NCBI GenBank assembly: GCA_013153685.1
Contig: JAADDX010000072.1
Span: 1-48,899, forward strand
Direction of reading: 5' to 3'
From: Campylobacterota bacterium
Lineage (GTDB): Bacteria > Campylobacterota > Campylobacteria > Campylobacterales > JAADDX01
Length of the DNA stretch: 48,899 nucleotides
The notes beneath the pieces were generated by a model. That model was given only the letters and a program-made list of their open reading frames with translations. It made no database searches and was not told the DNA's origin. This document shows, piece by piece, positions 48,810 through 48,899 of this stretch (its first letter is position 1; each line of letters begins with the position of its first letter). A program made the position numbers and the translations under genes.

Positions 48810-48899
48810 CTACTCAACATCTTTGAATTTTTCTCTAATTTCCAAAATTTCATCTATATTCTCAAAGAATATATCGACTAATTTCGGCTCAAAGTGTTT
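48810..48899 (-). CDS. 3' end of an HD / HD-GYP family phosphohydrolase (partial, runs off the window)
   Basis: The minus-strand frame reads KHFEPKLVDIFFENIDEILEIREKFKDVE then stop. The HF[DE]PxLVxxF...EI tail is typical of C-termini of HD-GYP-type proteins. Only 29 codons are visible. Confidence 0.4.
   Translation of the reverse strand, partial: KHFEPKLVDIFFENIDEILEIREKFKDVE

Noticed and set aside
1-48899. tRNA, rRNA, tmRNA, SRP/RNase P RNA, IS elements, toxin-antitoxin pairs, known defence systems
   Set aside because: Apart from the 302-nt decayed junction at 48508..48809, intergenic spacers are under 200 nt. None shows cloverleaf-type or conserved ncRNA core sequences that I can recognise. 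No transposase, reverse transcriptase, nuclease-helicase or small paired ORFs typical of such systems were seen. A covariance-model scan (Infernal/Rfam, tRNAscan-SE) would be the decisive check.

Overview
AT-rich chromosomal segment. Its gene content, the conserved ndk-yceD-rpmF-plsX-fabH order, the TGnTATAAT extended -10 promoters and the very frequent 1-nt or 4-nt start/stop overlaps look like Campylobacterota (epsilonproteobacteria); I cannot resolve the genus. I can support about 53 protein genes, packed almost end to end. Nearly all are core housekeeping: valS, lon, trpD, efp, thiL, moeA, thiG, pheST, asd, accA, priA, rlpA, hisB, hisF, ftsK, hemD, lpxD, moaC, mobA, cmoB, fabH, plsX, rpmF, ndk, panB, coaD, cdsA and surE. 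I found no rRNA, tRNA, CRISPR array, IS element or prophage, so this is mostly an ordinary core region. No defence-island-like or mobile system is visible, and none of the candidates below is proven. The parts worth a second look are: (1) a self-promoted operon of two acidic full-length paralogs with no family I recognise (7513..9292); (2) a SiaC-like (DUF1987) and SiaB-like (GHKL kinase) partner-switch pair with no adjacent phosphatase or cyclase, coupled to thiL-nudix-moeA (15500..16508); (3) a PleD/CbrR-type REC-REC-GGDEF cyclase heading a tightly coupled block with an orphan MEMO/AmmeMemoRadiSam-B protein, a MotE-like protein and a SEDS protein; (4) truA, whose conserved N-terminus is encoded upstream of any ATG/GTG/TTG codon, which suggests an ATT start; (5) a secreted RNase T2 translationally coupled to valS; (6) a decayed junction at the 3' end with a Fic C-terminal remnant and an HD/HD-GYP gene end.
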